Of a stretch of 64,000 nucleotides of DNA, positions 31,330 to 41,148 are shown in pieces; position 1 is the stretch's first letter; each line of letters begins with the position of its first letter. Position numbers and translations under genes: made by a program. A model generated the notes under the pieces. That model made no database searches. It saw only the letters and a program-made list of their open reading frames with translations, and was not told where the DNA came from. This stretch comes from an uncultured Hippea sp. (GTDB taxonomy: Bacteria > Campylobacterota_A > Desulfurellia > JAADFJ01). The stretch covers positions 332 to 64,331 of the forward strand of contig CAJVZA010000001.1 of assembly GCA_913009315.1 (NCBI GenBank), given 5' to 3'.

Positions 31330-32938
31330 AGCAACAAAACAGGAAGAGCTATTAGATATTTATGAATCTCCCGGTGTTTACTCAACTACAACGACAGAAG
31401 TTAATATAACCGGTTCCTGGCGATTTTTGAGGCCTATTCTGGAGAATAACACGGCGCCTTGTTCTGCGCAATGTCCTTGCAATATCAATATGGCTGAATA
31501 TATGCGTTATCTCGGTGAAGGCGATATTCGGACTGCAGCAGCCATTCTGCGCGAGGAAAATCCTATGCCTGCCATTACAGGACGGATATGTCCGGCTTTC
31601 TGTCATTCCGAGTGCAATAGAGGCTCATTTGACGAGCATATTGCAATAAGGCAGATTGAGCGCACATTGGGTGACTATTGGCTTGATCATCCGGACAGTG
31701 CTCCGGAAATCAGAGAAAATGAAAAAGTTGCTGTTGTCGGGGCGGGACCGGCCGGATTATCATGTGCATATTTTTTGGCTAAATTCGGTTATGATGTAAC
31801 TATTTATGAAAAAAATGAAAAGATAGGCGGTGTTCTTACATACGGAATTCCTTCATATAGACTTCAGGCGGATATCAGAGACAGAGAGCTGAAACTTATA
31901 ACCAGAGGAATAAGCGTAAAGACAGGCATGAGTATCGGCGAAAAAGAACTTTATGACATAGCAGACCGGTACGATGCCGTTTTTTTTGCGCCTGGTTTAT
32001 GGAAAGATCGTGTTGCTCTTGAGGGCAAGTGTGTATATGCCGGAGGTGAGATTCTCAAAGATATAGCTGAGGGCAGGGGAGTTCCCGACGGCAAAAAGGC
32101 GATTGTAGTCGGGGCAGGTAACGTTGCAATGGACACTGCAAGGTCGCTTCAGCGTTTAGGAAAAGATGTTCTTATCGTATGTGCGGAAACATCCGAACAG
32201 ATGCCCGCGTTTGACGAAGAGATAGAACAGGCGTTAGAAGAAGGTATTAAAATAAGACATAAAGAGCTCCCGGTTAAGCTTGTTTATGAAGATGAGTTAG
32301 GAAACAAACTATCAAAGATAAAAATGAATAGGGCGCATATTGAAGAAGGGCGTGTAATTGTTGAGAATATTTCATCGGGAAGCATTAATGCAAATTTACT
32401 GATATATGCGATTGGACAGGAGGCGATATTTAAGGCACAAAAGAAACCCAATCTTTTTTTTGGCGGTGATTATGTAAGCGGCCCCAGCTCAGCTACAGCT
32501 GCGGTTGCATCGGGCAAAGTTACCGGTTTTATCATAAGAGAATATCTCAAAAAAGGCAGGAATATTCAGGTTGAGCCGGATAGTTTCAGAATAGGGAAGA
32601 AAAGTGGTGACGTAATTATCGGTTTTGACAAGATGAACAGTTTCTACTTCCAAAAGCAAAAGAGGGTAGCTTGGCCTGTTTTGCCTGTAGGTAAAAGAGC
32701 CGGAAACTTTGAAGAGATTATAGGTTCATACAGCATAGAGGAAGCAATAGAGGAAGCTAAGCGCTGTTTTCATTGCGGAAGTTGTGATTTTTGTCAGGCA
32801 TGCTGGTTCTTCTGCCCTGATGTTGCAATAAAAACTACATCCGGAGAGATATCGATAGACCTGGATTATTGCAAAGGGTGCGGTATCTGCAGTACTGAAT
32901 GCCCCAGGGGCGTCATAACGATGAAGGAGGAGCTATGA
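31322..32938 (+). CDS. PorD-like delta subunit carrying an inserted GltD/NfnB/SudA-like NAD(P)H:FAD oxidoreductase module
   Basis: N-terminal TGSWRFLRP (PorD start). The GltD-type Cys region is C..CPC...GRICP..CHSEC. Two Rossmann motifs (VGAGPAGL, VVGAGNVAMD). C-terminal 2x[4Fe-4S] ferredoxin CFHCGSCDFCQACWFFCP...CKGCGICSTECP. Confidence 0.7.
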   Translation: MSEATKQEELLDIYESPGVYSTTTTEVNITGSWRFLRPILENNTAPCSAQCPCNINMAEYMRYLGEGDIRTAAAILREENPMPAITGRICPAFCHSECNRGSFDEHIAIRQIERTLGDYWLDHPDSAPEIRENEKVAVVGAGPAGLSCAYFLAKFGYDVTIYEKNEKIGGVLTYGIPSYRLQADIRDRELKLITRGISVKTGMSIGEKELYDIADRYDAVFFAPGLWKDRVALEGKCVYAGGEILKDIAEGRGVPDGKKAIVVGAGNVAMDTARSLQRLGKDVLIVCAETSEQMPAFDEEIEQALEEGIKIRHKELPVKLVYEDELGNKLSKIKMNRAHIEEGRVIVENISSGSINANLLIYAIGQEAIFKAQKKPNLFFGGDYVSGPSSATAAVASGKVTGFIIREYLKKGRNIQVEPDSFRIGKKSGDVIIGFDKMNSFYFQKQKRVAWPVLPVGKRAGNFEEIIGSYSIEEAIEEAKRCFHCGSCDFCQACWFFCPDVAIKTTSGEISIDLDYCKGCGICSTECPRGVITMKEEL

Positions 32939-34065
32939 AAAAAGAGATGCTCTTAGGCAGTGAGGCAATAGCTTATGGAGTAAAGCTTTCCAGGCCGATG
33001 GTGATAAGTGCATATCCTATAACTCCCCAGACGCATATTATCGAAACATTAGCCAATATGACTGAAAACGGGGAACTTAACGCAAAATTTATAAAAGTAG
33101 AGTCGGAATTGTCTGCCATAAGCAGCTGCTACGGCGCTGCTGCTGCCGGAGTGAGAACATTTACTGCAACTGCAAGTCAGGGTCTGCTGCTTATGCATGA
33201 GATGCTTCATTGGTTTAGCGGAGCAAGACTGCCTATGGTGCTGGTCAATGCTAACAGGGCTGTCGGATATCCATGGAATATCTGGACTGATCAATCCGAT
33301 TCGTTTGCTCAAAGAGATACGGGATGGCTTCAAATCTATTGTACTAATGCGCAGGAGGCCCAAGATTTTGTTCCTATAGCTTACAAAATTTCTGAGAGTA
33401 TAAATCTTCCGGTAATGGTTGCTATCGACGGTTTTATTCTTTCGCATACGCTTGAACCGCTTATGTTGAGAACACAGGAAGATATAGACCGGTTTCTTCC
33501 GAAATATGTACCGAAATATTTTCTTGATATTGACAATCCTCAGAGCTTTGGTAATGCGACAATGGCAGAGAGTTTTTATAAGATGAAAAAATCAATGAAT
33601 GATGATATGCTGAATTGGAATCGCATAGACTCTATTTTAAATGAGTTTAACGATCTTATGAAAACAGATTATAAACCGGTGGAATGCTACAGAACCGATG
33701 ATGCAGACAAGATATTTCTTGCCGCCGGTGCTCTATGCGGAACGGCGAAGGTGGCCGTTGATCTACTTAGAGAAAGAGGATCAAAAATCGGTCTGATTAA
33801 TATGAGGTTTTTGAGACCTCTTCCAAAAAAACAGATCATTGAGGCGGTAAAGGATAAAAAGATATGGGTTTTGAACAGAGCAGTATCGTACGGGAACAGC
33901 GGGACGTTAACCGGTGAGCTGAAGAGTGCTCTTTTTCCTATGGATAACGAAATAGTAGATGTTATTGTGAGTTTAGGCGGAAAAGATGTGTATCCTGAAA
34001 CATTAACCGATCTTTTATCAATTAAAGACACGGAAAAAACCGTATGGCTTGATTCAAGGAGTTAG
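32935..34065 (+). CDS. porA: 2-oxoacid:ferredoxin oxidoreductase alpha subunit
   Basis: PFOR alpha domains. AGGAGG RBS before ATG 32935, giving an ATGA overlap. Confidence 0.85.
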   Translation: MKKEMLLGSEAIAYGVKLSRPMVISAYPITPQTHIIETLANMTENGELNAKFIKVESELSAISSCYGAAAAGVRTFTATASQGLLLMHEMLHWFSGARLPMVLVNANRAVGYPWNIWTDQSDSFAQRDTGWLQIYCTNAQEAQDFVPIAYKISESINLPVMVAIDGFILSHTLEPLMLRTQEDIDRFLPKYVPKYFLDIDNPQSFGNATMAESFYKMKKSMNDDMLNWNRIDSILNEFNDLMKTDYKPVECYRTDDADKIFLAAGALCGTAKVAVDLLRERGSKIGLINMRFLRPLPKKQIIEAVKDKKIWVLNRAVSYGNSGTLTGELKSALFPMDNEIVDVIVSLGGKDVYPETLTDLLSIKDTEKTVWLDSRS

Positions 34066-34068
34066 ACG

Positions 34069-34941
34069 ATGAGATTTAGTGAATTAAAAAGACAAGAGCA
34101 GCTCAATTCGGGACACCTTGCATGTCCGGGCTGCGCTGCGAGCCTGTCAATGAGACATGCGCTTAAGGCATTGGGAGGAGAAACTGTTGTGGTGATACCT
34201 GCGTGCTGCTGGTCAATAATCTCAGGAACCTATCCAACTACAGCTCTATCTGCTCCAATCCTTCATACACCTTTTGAAACGGCGGCAAGCAGTGCGACCG
34301 GAGTTAGGGCTGCGCTTGATATGAAGGGCGAGTTTAATACAACCGTTATGGCTTGGGCAGGTGACGGCGGAACGTTCGATATAGGACTGCAGGCGCTTTC
34401 CGGGTCGCTCGAAAGAGGTGACAATATTATTTATGTCTGTTATGATAATGAGGCATATATGAATACCGGAATACAGAGAAGTTCCGCAACTCCTGCAGGT
34501 GCATGGACAACTACGACTCCGCGTGGAAAGCCGATAGAAAACTGGAAAAAGGATCTTTTTTCAATAGTTATAGCTCACTCTCCTGCTTATGCAGCGACTG
34601 CAACAATTGCATATCCGGATGATTTTTACAAAAAATTTGAAAAAGCTCGATCGATCAAGGGAGCACGATTTATTCATCTGCTTTCTTCGTGCCCTCCGGG
34701 TTGGAAAATGGCTGAATCGGATTCAATCAAATCTTTAAGATTTGCGGTTGAATCGGGAATCTTTCCTCTGCTTGAATGGGATGGCAAAACGCATCTTACA
34801 TATACGCCGGAAAAACTTATCCCAATTGCGGAATATTTTGAAATTCAAGGGAGATATAAAAGATTGGACAAGGAAAGGATAGAGGAGATTCAAAGACTGG
34901 TCAGAGCCCATTTTGAGAAACTGAAGGGAACTGTCGCCTGA
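34069..34941 (+). CDS. porB: 2-oxoacid:ferredoxin oxidoreductase beta subunit (TPP-binding)
   Basis: CPGCA motif and the TPP-binding fold. Confidence 0.85.
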   Translation: MRFSELKRQEQLNSGHLACPGCAASLSMRHALKALGGETVVVIPACCWSIISGTYPTTALSAPILHTPFETAASSATGVRAALDMKGEFNTTVMAWAGDGGTFDIGLQALSGSLERGDNIIYVCYDNEAYMNTGIQRSSATPAGAWTTTTPRGKPIENWKKDLFSIVIAHSPAYAATATIAYPDDFYKKFEKARSIKGARFIHLLSSCPPGWKMAESDSIKSLRFAVESGIFPLLEWDGKTHLTYTPEKLIPIAEYFEIQGRYKRLDKERIEEIQRLVRAHFEKLKGTVA

Positions 34942-34969
34942 CAGCTTAAGTTTCTTTAAGGCATCTCTA

Positions 34970-36721
34970 TTATAACCTGTTTTCGTTTAAAAAGATATTC
35001 TGATAGTTTTTGTAGTTTGACAAGGTAATTGTTTTAATACTTTTGCTGAGTTTAAACGATTGCTTAAATGCTCTTTGTGATAACAGCATCTTCATGGCTC
35101 CGGTCAATGCCGTATTTCCAACCAGGTTAATTTCTTTTGCAGCTTTAGAGATTATACCTGTTGTGATAAGATCATCCGGTGATACAAAGTATCCAAAGCC
35201 TCCGGCAATCATTACCGACAGCGCAGACCAGCTTGTTGAGGTGTGATCAAGCAGAATTTTGATCGCACTTGTTATGGCCGCCTTTGCAAATATGAACTGT
35301 TCTATATCTGATTGGCTTATATAGATTGAGCGGGAATAATCCAGAAATAACGCCCTTTCACCGTTTTTGTTTTTCTTTATTCGCTTTAGAATTGCAGGGC
35401 TTATCTCAGAATTAATTTCGTCAGGACTGAGAAGTTTTCCATGGCTGTTGACCATTTTCCATTTAACAAGTTGAGCAACTGCGGATATAATCCCTGATCC
35501 GGCTATTCCTGCGGCCGGCTTGTTTCCTATTGTTTCAATTTTTAGATCATCGCTATCACTCAGCAGCACCTTTTTTATGGCGCCATCTGCCGCAGTCATT
35601 CCGCATTCGATGTTTCCGCCTTCGAATGCCGGGCCGCTTGGTGCCGATGTTGCCCATATATTTCCATTTCTCTTTAAAGCGACCTCGCAGTTTGTGCCTA
35701 TGTCGCAAAGTAAAAAATTTTCCTCATTAGATAAGGCTGTGAGATCAGATAGAATATCTCCTCCTATATACGCATCTACAAGAGGAACGAAATGTACAGG
35801 CGTGGCTTTATCAAGAGAATCAATGCCCATTTCAGCGGCGTTGGTGTCAAGTATGCTTATACTGTTTTTGTAAGGAAAAGCGGCAAGTCTGTCGGTAGGG
35901 ATACCATAAGCAATATGGGTCATTGCACTGTTTGCCGTTATGCATATATAAACAATTCTGCCTGCCGATTTGGATTCCCGGGATAATTTGAGCACGAGAA
36001 AATTGAGATCTTCGGTCAGTGCCTTTTTTAGATTCTCAAGACCATCGACAGCATATTGCATTCTGCTTATTATGTCATATCCGTATTTTCTCTGAGAATT
36101 TGCCATGCCGTATCGGGCGATTATATTTCCCTCTAAATCGCGCAGTTCTCCTGCTATGGTTGTGGTGCCTATATCTACTGCCATAAGCAGCGGATTTTCG
36201 CAGTAAAGCGATACAACTGTTCCGTAATATGTTATTACGGCATCGATATTTTCGGCTTGGATTGCAGATGGAATATGACGAATCAGCATATTGCCGATTT
36301 TTGCCCCGAGACAATGCTCGAGGTATGCCTTATCAGACGGAAAACTATGATTTTTATCTATCGATATTGATTTTTTTCTTACTATTGGATCGATATCGGC
36401 AATAAATAAGGCTGAACCGGCGATAGATTTTATTTTTTTGGGTGGATTTTGTATTGTAATCAGTATATCTTTGTCTATTTCATGGCAGCACGCAAGGCGT
36501 ATGTTTTCGTCTAATTCCGATTCTGAAAGCAGCTGCCTTTCAATTTTTCCGGCAGGCAGTTCGGCTTTGATTTTGCACTGTCCGCACAGGCTATTGCCCC
36601 CACAGGGCGAATAGATGAGCGAATGTTCGGCGAGCCGGTGATAAAGATTGCCTCCTTCGGTATGAAAAACAACTGTTTTCCCGTTTGATAGAACAATTAT
36701 GCGGTATTTTAGATATTTCAC
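34970..36721 (-). CDS. RACo-like protein: N-terminal plant-type [2Fe-2S] ferredoxin plus an ASKHA ATPase domain (reductive activator of corrinoid proteins family)
   Basis: CGGNSLCGQC...CC cluster motif. DIGTTTIAGEL phosphate-1 motif. 583 aa. Confidence 0.6.
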   Translation of the reverse strand: MKYLKYRIIVLSNGKTVVFHTEGGNLYHRLAEHSLIYSPCGGNSLCGQCKIKAELPAGKIERQLLSESELDENIRLACCHEIDKDILITIQNPPKKIKSIAGSALFIADIDPIVRKKSISIDKNHSFPSDKAYLEHCLGAKIGNMLIRHIPSAIQAENIDAVITYYGTVVSLYCENPLLMAVDIGTTTIAGELRDLEGNIIARYGMANSQRKYGYDIISRMQYAVDGLENLKKALTEDLNFLVLKLSRESKSAGRIVYICITANSAMTHIAYGIPTDRLAAFPYKNSISILDTNAAEMGIDSLDKATPVHFVPLVDAYIGGDILSDLTALSNEENFLLCDIGTNCEVALKRNGNIWATSAPSGPAFEGGNIECGMTAADGAIKKVLLSDSDDLKIETIGNKPAAGIAGSGIISAVAQLVKWKMVNSHGKLLSPDEINSEISPAILKRIKKNKNGERALFLDYSRSIYISQSDIEQFIFAKAAITSAIKILLDHTSTSWSALSVMIAGGFGYFVSPDDLITTGIISKAAKEINLVGNTALTGAMKMLLSQRAFKQSFKLSKSIKTITLSNYKNYQNIFLNENRL

Positions 36722-36742
36722 TGATAAATATTAGAGATAGTT

Positions 36743-36772
36743 GAAACAGACGCCCGTCTCATCTGAGACGGG
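36743..36772 (-). terminator. Stem-loop GCCCGTCTCA-tc-TGAGACGGGC downstream of atpE
   Basis: Perfect 10-bp stem read directly, followed by a moderately T-rich tail in the minus sense. Confidence 0.45.
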
Positions 36773-36781
36773 CGCAAAATT

Positions 36782-37132
36782 TTAGATATGAAAAGGATTT
36801 GTGAAAAGGAGCAATAGAACAACAACTAACGTGTAGATAACCTGTGCCTCAATCATAGCCAAACCGATCATCATTAAGGTCATAAGTTTACCGCCGAGTC
36901 CTGGATTCCTTGCGGTAGCGGTTGCTGTTCCGCTCACAACGTGTCCCATTCCAATTCCTCCGCCGGCAGCAGCAGCCCCTAACCCAATGGGTGCACCAAG
37001 TGCAACCATCTGATAGTAAGGAATTTTCTGCAGAACGGATAGGCTGGAACCTTCTCCTGCAGCTAAAGCCGGCATCGCAACGATCAGTACAAATATCGTT
37101 AATCCGGCTATTCTCCAAAACCTCATAAACAA
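36782..37132 (-). CDS. atpE: ATP synthase Fo subunit c with an about 40-aa N-terminal signal-like extension
   Basis: ARNP loop and the IEAQVIY carboxylate helix. The strong AGGAGG RBS supports the long form. Confidence 0.8.
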   Translation of the reverse strand: MFMRFWRIAGLTIFVLIVAMPALAAGEGSSLSVLQKIPYYQMVALGAPIGLGAAAAGGGIGMGHVVSGTATATARNPGLGGKLMTLMMIGLAMIEAQVIYTLVVVLLLLFTNPFHI

Positions 37133-37150
37133 CCTCCTAAAGTTTTCAAT

Positions 37151-37822
37151 TTATTCGTGTGACGGTTCGCCGACTGCATCGGCGATATAAAGAGCTGTGA
37201 GAAGTGCAAAAATAAACGCCTGAAGCAGTGCGGAAAAAATTACTAAAAACATGATTGGTATCGGAATGATATACGGAAAAAGCATAAAAAAAACTGCCAA
37301 AAGTAAATCATCTCCGAATATATTACCGAAAAGACGAACAGAAAGTGAAAGCACCCTTGCAAAATGTCCTATTATTTCAAGCGGCATAAAATAAGGCGTC
37401 AGCCACCAGATTGGACCCGTAAAATGTTTAATATATCCAAACCCGTGTCGTTTTATGCCAAGATATTGATAGTATACAAACACTATTAATGTCATTGACA
37501 AAGTAGTGTCCAGTTTGCCCGTTGGGGGATCAAAATATGGAATAAGCTCAGTAAGATTTGCCGCAAGAATAAAAAGTGAAAGCGTGGCGATAAGAGGAAA
37601 ATGCTTTGCAATCTCATCTTTGCCGAGAATATCCTCAAAGAACTTATATATCCCTTCAACCACAGCTTCAAAAACATTCTGCAGGTGACCGGGCAATATC
37701 TTGAGCGATGAGCGCACAATCAGGGATACTACTATAAGCCCGATAATAATCAGCCATGTGAATGAAATATAGTGCGGCAACGGTATAAAATCTAAAAACG
37801 TTGGGGCTTCCATACTCTCCAA
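37151..37822 (-). CDS. atpB: ATP synthase Fo subunit a
   Basis: SVRLFGN conserved Arg motif; 5-6 TM helices. Confidence 0.85.
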   Translation of the reverse strand: MESMEAPTFLDFIPLPHYISFTWLIIIGLIVVSLIVRSSLKILPGHLQNVFEAVVEGIYKFFEDILGKDEIAKHFPLIATLSLFILAANLTELIPYFDPPTGKLDTTLSMTLIVFVYYQYLGIKRHGFGYIKHFTGPIWWLTPYFMPLEIIGHFARVLSLSVRLFGNIFGDDLLLAVFFMLFPYIIPIPIMFLVIFSALLQAFIFALLTALYIADAVGEPSHE

Positions 37823-37856
37823 CCTCCAAATTCTTATATATTTTTTGGACTAAATT

Positions 37857-38258
37857 TTAGCCCTTATTTTTCTCATATAATATGCAGAAACCGACAGAAA
37901 TAACCAAAAAAACAGGTCCTAAAGCCAGTCCCAATGCAAAACCAATCCAATTAAGATTGGCAATAAAAAGGAGTATAACGGAAAAGGCTATCAACATCAA
38001 GTACCTTAGGAAATTTGAAACCATAAAAAACAAACTTTTTTTATTTTTGAAGATTCCGACAGCACCTTTTTTTAGCAGCCAGTAATCAAAGCAGAATAGA
38101 GCCGCTCCGAAGATAAAGGCTATTGTATATTCATAATGCAGGGCGGTTATAACGACGGCTGCCAGGATATAAAAGATGACACCCAATTGTTCAATCTTTT
38201 TCAGAGAAGGCATGCCTTCGATTATTTTAGACGTTTCCATTCCTGATACATACTCCAA
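37857..38258 (-). CDS. atpI: AtpI-like ATP synthase accessory membrane protein
   Basis: Four TM helices, upstream of atpB. Confidence 0.5.
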   Translation of the reverse strand: MEYVSGMETSKIIEGMPSLKKIEQLGVIFYILAAVVITALHYEYTIAFIFGAALFCFDYWLLKKGAVGIFKNKKSLFFMVSNFLRYLMLIAFSVILLFIANLNWIGFALGLALGPVFLVISVGFCILYEKNKG

Positions 38259-38434
38259 AATGCAGCTCCTATACCGTAAAAAAGAAATAACAGAAACAAG
38301 AGGTGATATTTTGTGGGAAATTTTTCATCGAGAAAATATCCTATAACGCCGCCTATAAGGATACTGAAAACAACCGCTAAACCTAATGAAAACGATTTAT
38401 ACAGTGCCCAATATTCTTTTATCTGTTTCTTCAT
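38222..38434 (-). CDS. AtpZ/AtpR-like small membrane protein
   Basis: 70 aa with two TM helices, heading the atpIBE cluster. Confidence 0.45.
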   Translation of the reverse strand: MKKQIKEYWALYKSFSLGLAVVFSILIGGVIGYFLDEKFPTKYHLLFLLFLFYGIGAAFWSMYQEWKRLK

Positions 38435-38448
38435 ATAGATGCATTAGT

Positions 38449-39738
38449 TTATGAAACCTCTTGTTCGAGAAAACTGTCAAAAGCGTTTATCGTGGTTGAA
38501 ATTTGATCCTCAGTATGTTCTGTTGACAGAAAGGACGTTTCAAACGGAGAAGGAGCGAAGTAGATTCCCTGATTAAGCATAGACCGAAAGTATCGAGTGA
38601 AGCGATTTGTATTGGAATTTTTTACATCCAGGAGATTCTCAACCCTTTTGTTGGAGAAAAAAATACTAAAAATCGATCCTGCATGAGGTGTATCTATTGA
38701 TATTTTATGAAACGAAGCCGATTTATGCAAACCGCTGCATAGTTTGCTGTTTAATTGTTCAAAATATTTGTACGGATCGAGCTTTTTGAGCTTTTTTAAT
38801 GTAGCAATACCTGCAGCCATTCCAAGCGGATTACCTGAAAGTGTACCGGCTTGATAAATAGGCCCTTCCGGTGCGATTTCGCTCATATAAATTGATTTTC
38901 CTCCATACGCTGCAACAGGCATTCCTCCTCCGATCACCTTCCCGTAGCAGATAAGATCGGGGTCAATGCCCATTTTGGATATTGCAGTGCCATAGCATGT
39001 TCTGAATCCGACTAATACTTCATCGGCAATAAATAAAGCGCCGTATTTGCGTGTATTTTTTCTTATAGTCTTGAGAAAACTTTTCTTTGGTATTATTAAA
39101 CCCATATTTGCGGCAATTGACTCAACTATAACGCATGCTATTCGATCACCATATTTGTCGAAACAATCGGCAACCGATTTATCATCATTATATTCCAGAA
39201 CTATCGTATCTGATGCCAAAGATTGAGGAACGCCCGGGCTGCTTGGAACACCCAATGTCATAGCACCGGAGCCTGCGCTTACGAGAAGGCTATCCGCATG
39301 TCCATGATAACAGCCGTTAAATTTGATGATTTTGTCTTTTCCGGTAACACCTCTGGCAAGTCTTATGGCGCTCATGGCGGCCTCTGTTCCTGAATTGACA
39401 AAACGTATTTTTTCCGGACCGCCCTCACTTTTATGAATAATTTTAGCAAGTTCGGTTTCCAGATCGGTAGGCGCTCCAAATGATGTGCCTCTTTCCAATA
39501 CGGATTTAATTGCCTCCATAACATCGTTATCACGATGTCCTAAAATTAACGGTCCCCATGAACAAACATAGTCTATATATCTGTTTCCATCAACATCCGT
39601 TATATATGATCCGGAGCCGTTTTTAATAAACAGGGGGGTGCCTCCGACAGCGTTGAATGATCTTACCGGGCTGTCCACTCCGCCCGCAATATATCTTTTT
39701 GCTTCATCGAAAAGCTGCTTTGATTTTTCATAAATCAT
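38449..39738 (-). CDS. hemL: Glutamate-1-semialdehyde 2,1-aminomutase
   Basis: Class-III aminotransferase; 429 aa. Confidence 0.9.
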   Translation of the reverse strand: MIYEKSKQLFDEAKRYIAGGVDSPVRSFNAVGGTPLFIKNGSGSYITDVDGNRYIDYVCSWGPLILGHRDNDVMEAIKSVLERGTSFGAPTDLETELAKIIHKSEGGPEKIRFVNSGTEAAMSAIRLARGVTGKDKIIKFNGCYHGHADSLLVSAGSGAMTLGVPSSPGVPQSLASDTIVLEYNDDKSVADCFDKYGDRIACVIVESIAANMGLIIPKKSFLKTIRKNTRKYGALFIADEVLVGFRTCYGTAISKMGIDPDLICYGKVIGGGMPVAAYGGKSIYMSEIAPEGPIYQAGTLSGNPLGMAAGIATLKKLKKLDPYKYFEQLNSKLCSGLHKSASFHKISIDTPHAGSIFSIFFSNKRVENLLDVKNSNTNRFTRYFRSMLNQGIYFAPSPFETSFLSTEHTEDQISTTINAFDSFLEQEVS

Positions 39739-40652
39739 GATAATCCTATGAGGTATCTGTTCACCGAATCGGCAGCTACGGCACCATCTGATGCTGCGGT
39801 TATAAGCTGTTTCAACGGCGATACTCTGACGTCTCCTGCAGCAAAAACCCCTTTTATATTTGTTGACATTCTCGAGTCTGTTACTATATATCCCTGTTTA
39901 TCATCCAATATAGGCGGACAAAAATCTTTACTTGCAGGTATCAAACCGATATAAATAAATACACCATCTACCTTCAAGATAGAACTCGATCCGTCTTTGG
40001 TGCTTTTTAATGCAAGCGATTCCACTTTTTGTTCTCCGTTTACCGTTTCTACAACAGTTGACCATAAAAACTTGATATTCGGCGTATTGAATGCCTTTTC
40101 CTGTAAAATTTTTGAGGCTCTGAGCTGATCTCTTCTGTGAATTACATAGATCTTGTTGACAAGTTTTGAGAGAAAGAGTGATTCGTCTATTGCTGAGTCT
40201 CCGCCTCCCACAACAGCAACATCTTTTCCTTTAAAAAAGAACCCGTCGCATGTTGCGCAGAAAGAAATACCTCTTCCGATAAATTTCGCTTCATTTTTTG
40301 CATTAAGTTTTCTTGGACTTGCGCCTGTGGCAATGATTACAGCTTTAGCTTCAATCTGAGAACCATCATCAAATTCTACCGTTTTCCCATCACTATTGCC
40401 GCGAATGTTAATACAGTTCTTGTATAACATCGGGACATTCAGACTTTTTACCTGTTTTTCAAAGTTTTGAATCAGATCAAAACCTGATATAGGCCCGGGA
40501 ACTCCCGGATAATTTTCAACATTAGCTGACACAATAATTTGTCCGCCGGCAGCCTTTTGCTCAAATATTTTGCATTCAATGCCGTATCTTGCCGCGTAAA
40601 TCGCTGCGGAAAGTCCGGCAACACCTCCACCAATGATTGCAAGCTGTAACAT
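39735..40652 (-). CDS. trxB: Thioredoxin reductase
   Basis: GGGVAG FAD motif and the CATCDG redox site. The start at 40652 with a GGAGAG RBS is preferred over 40697. Confidence 0.85.
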   Translation of the reverse strand: MLQLAIIGGGVAGLSAAIYAARYGIECKIFEQKAAGGQIIVSANVENYPGVPGPISGFDLIQNFEKQVKSLNVPMLYKNCINIRGNSDGKTVEFDDGSQIEAKAVIIATGASPRKLNAKNEAKFIGRGISFCATCDGFFFKGKDVAVVGGGDSAIDESLFLSKLVNKIYVIHRRDQLRASKILQEKAFNTPNIKFLWSTVVETVNGEQKVESLALKSTKDGSSSILKVDGVFIYIGLIPASKDFCPPILDDKQGYIVTDSRMSTNIKGVFAAGDVRVSPLKQLITAASDGAVAADSVNRYLIGLS

Positions 40653-40678
40653 CTGTACTCTCCTTAAAATTTTACCTA

Positions 40679-40950
40679 TAATGAGACCACTGCACAATAA
40701 ACGCTTCTACAGAAGCCGAATAAACGACAAGATTTAGAAATTAGAATTTGATGGACTAACCGGTTAGTTTGAAAATTTTCATTTCCTGAAGATTGCCGTT
40801 TACTTGGCTTCCCTGCGGGCAACATGAACTTTCCCATATGCTTACGTTAAACTTCCTTGAATTAACCGGTTAATCCTGCAGAAGTTTGCCTTGCCTGTGA
40901 AAAAGCTGATATTGCTGTGAAAGTGCTTACTGCGCAGTGGTCTCATTATC
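40679..40950 (+). mobile_element. Complete MITE-like copy with terminal inverted repeats (ATGAGACCACTGCACAATAAAC ... CTGCGCAGTGGTCTCAT), about 270 bp
   Basis: Both termini read directly. Non-coding. Sits between trxB and trxA. Confidence 0.6.
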
Positions 40951-41148
40951 TTAGATCTTTATTGATTTTGCTATATAGCTGAGCCAATAATACATTAAAT
41001 ATAAGCATGTAAAGATCCTTTGATATATTGTTGCCATCTATCTTTTCAGGTAAAATTATATTTTTATACATTTAAGATATTACCATAAAGATTTTGTCCG
41101 GTTGCCATGTTTCCGATTGTTATGCTATGGATTGATAATTGACTGATA

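Noticed and set aside
40653-40697. Extension of trxB into the repeat
   Set aside because: A GGAGAG RBS precedes the internal ATG, and the extension is just the repeat terminus read in frame.
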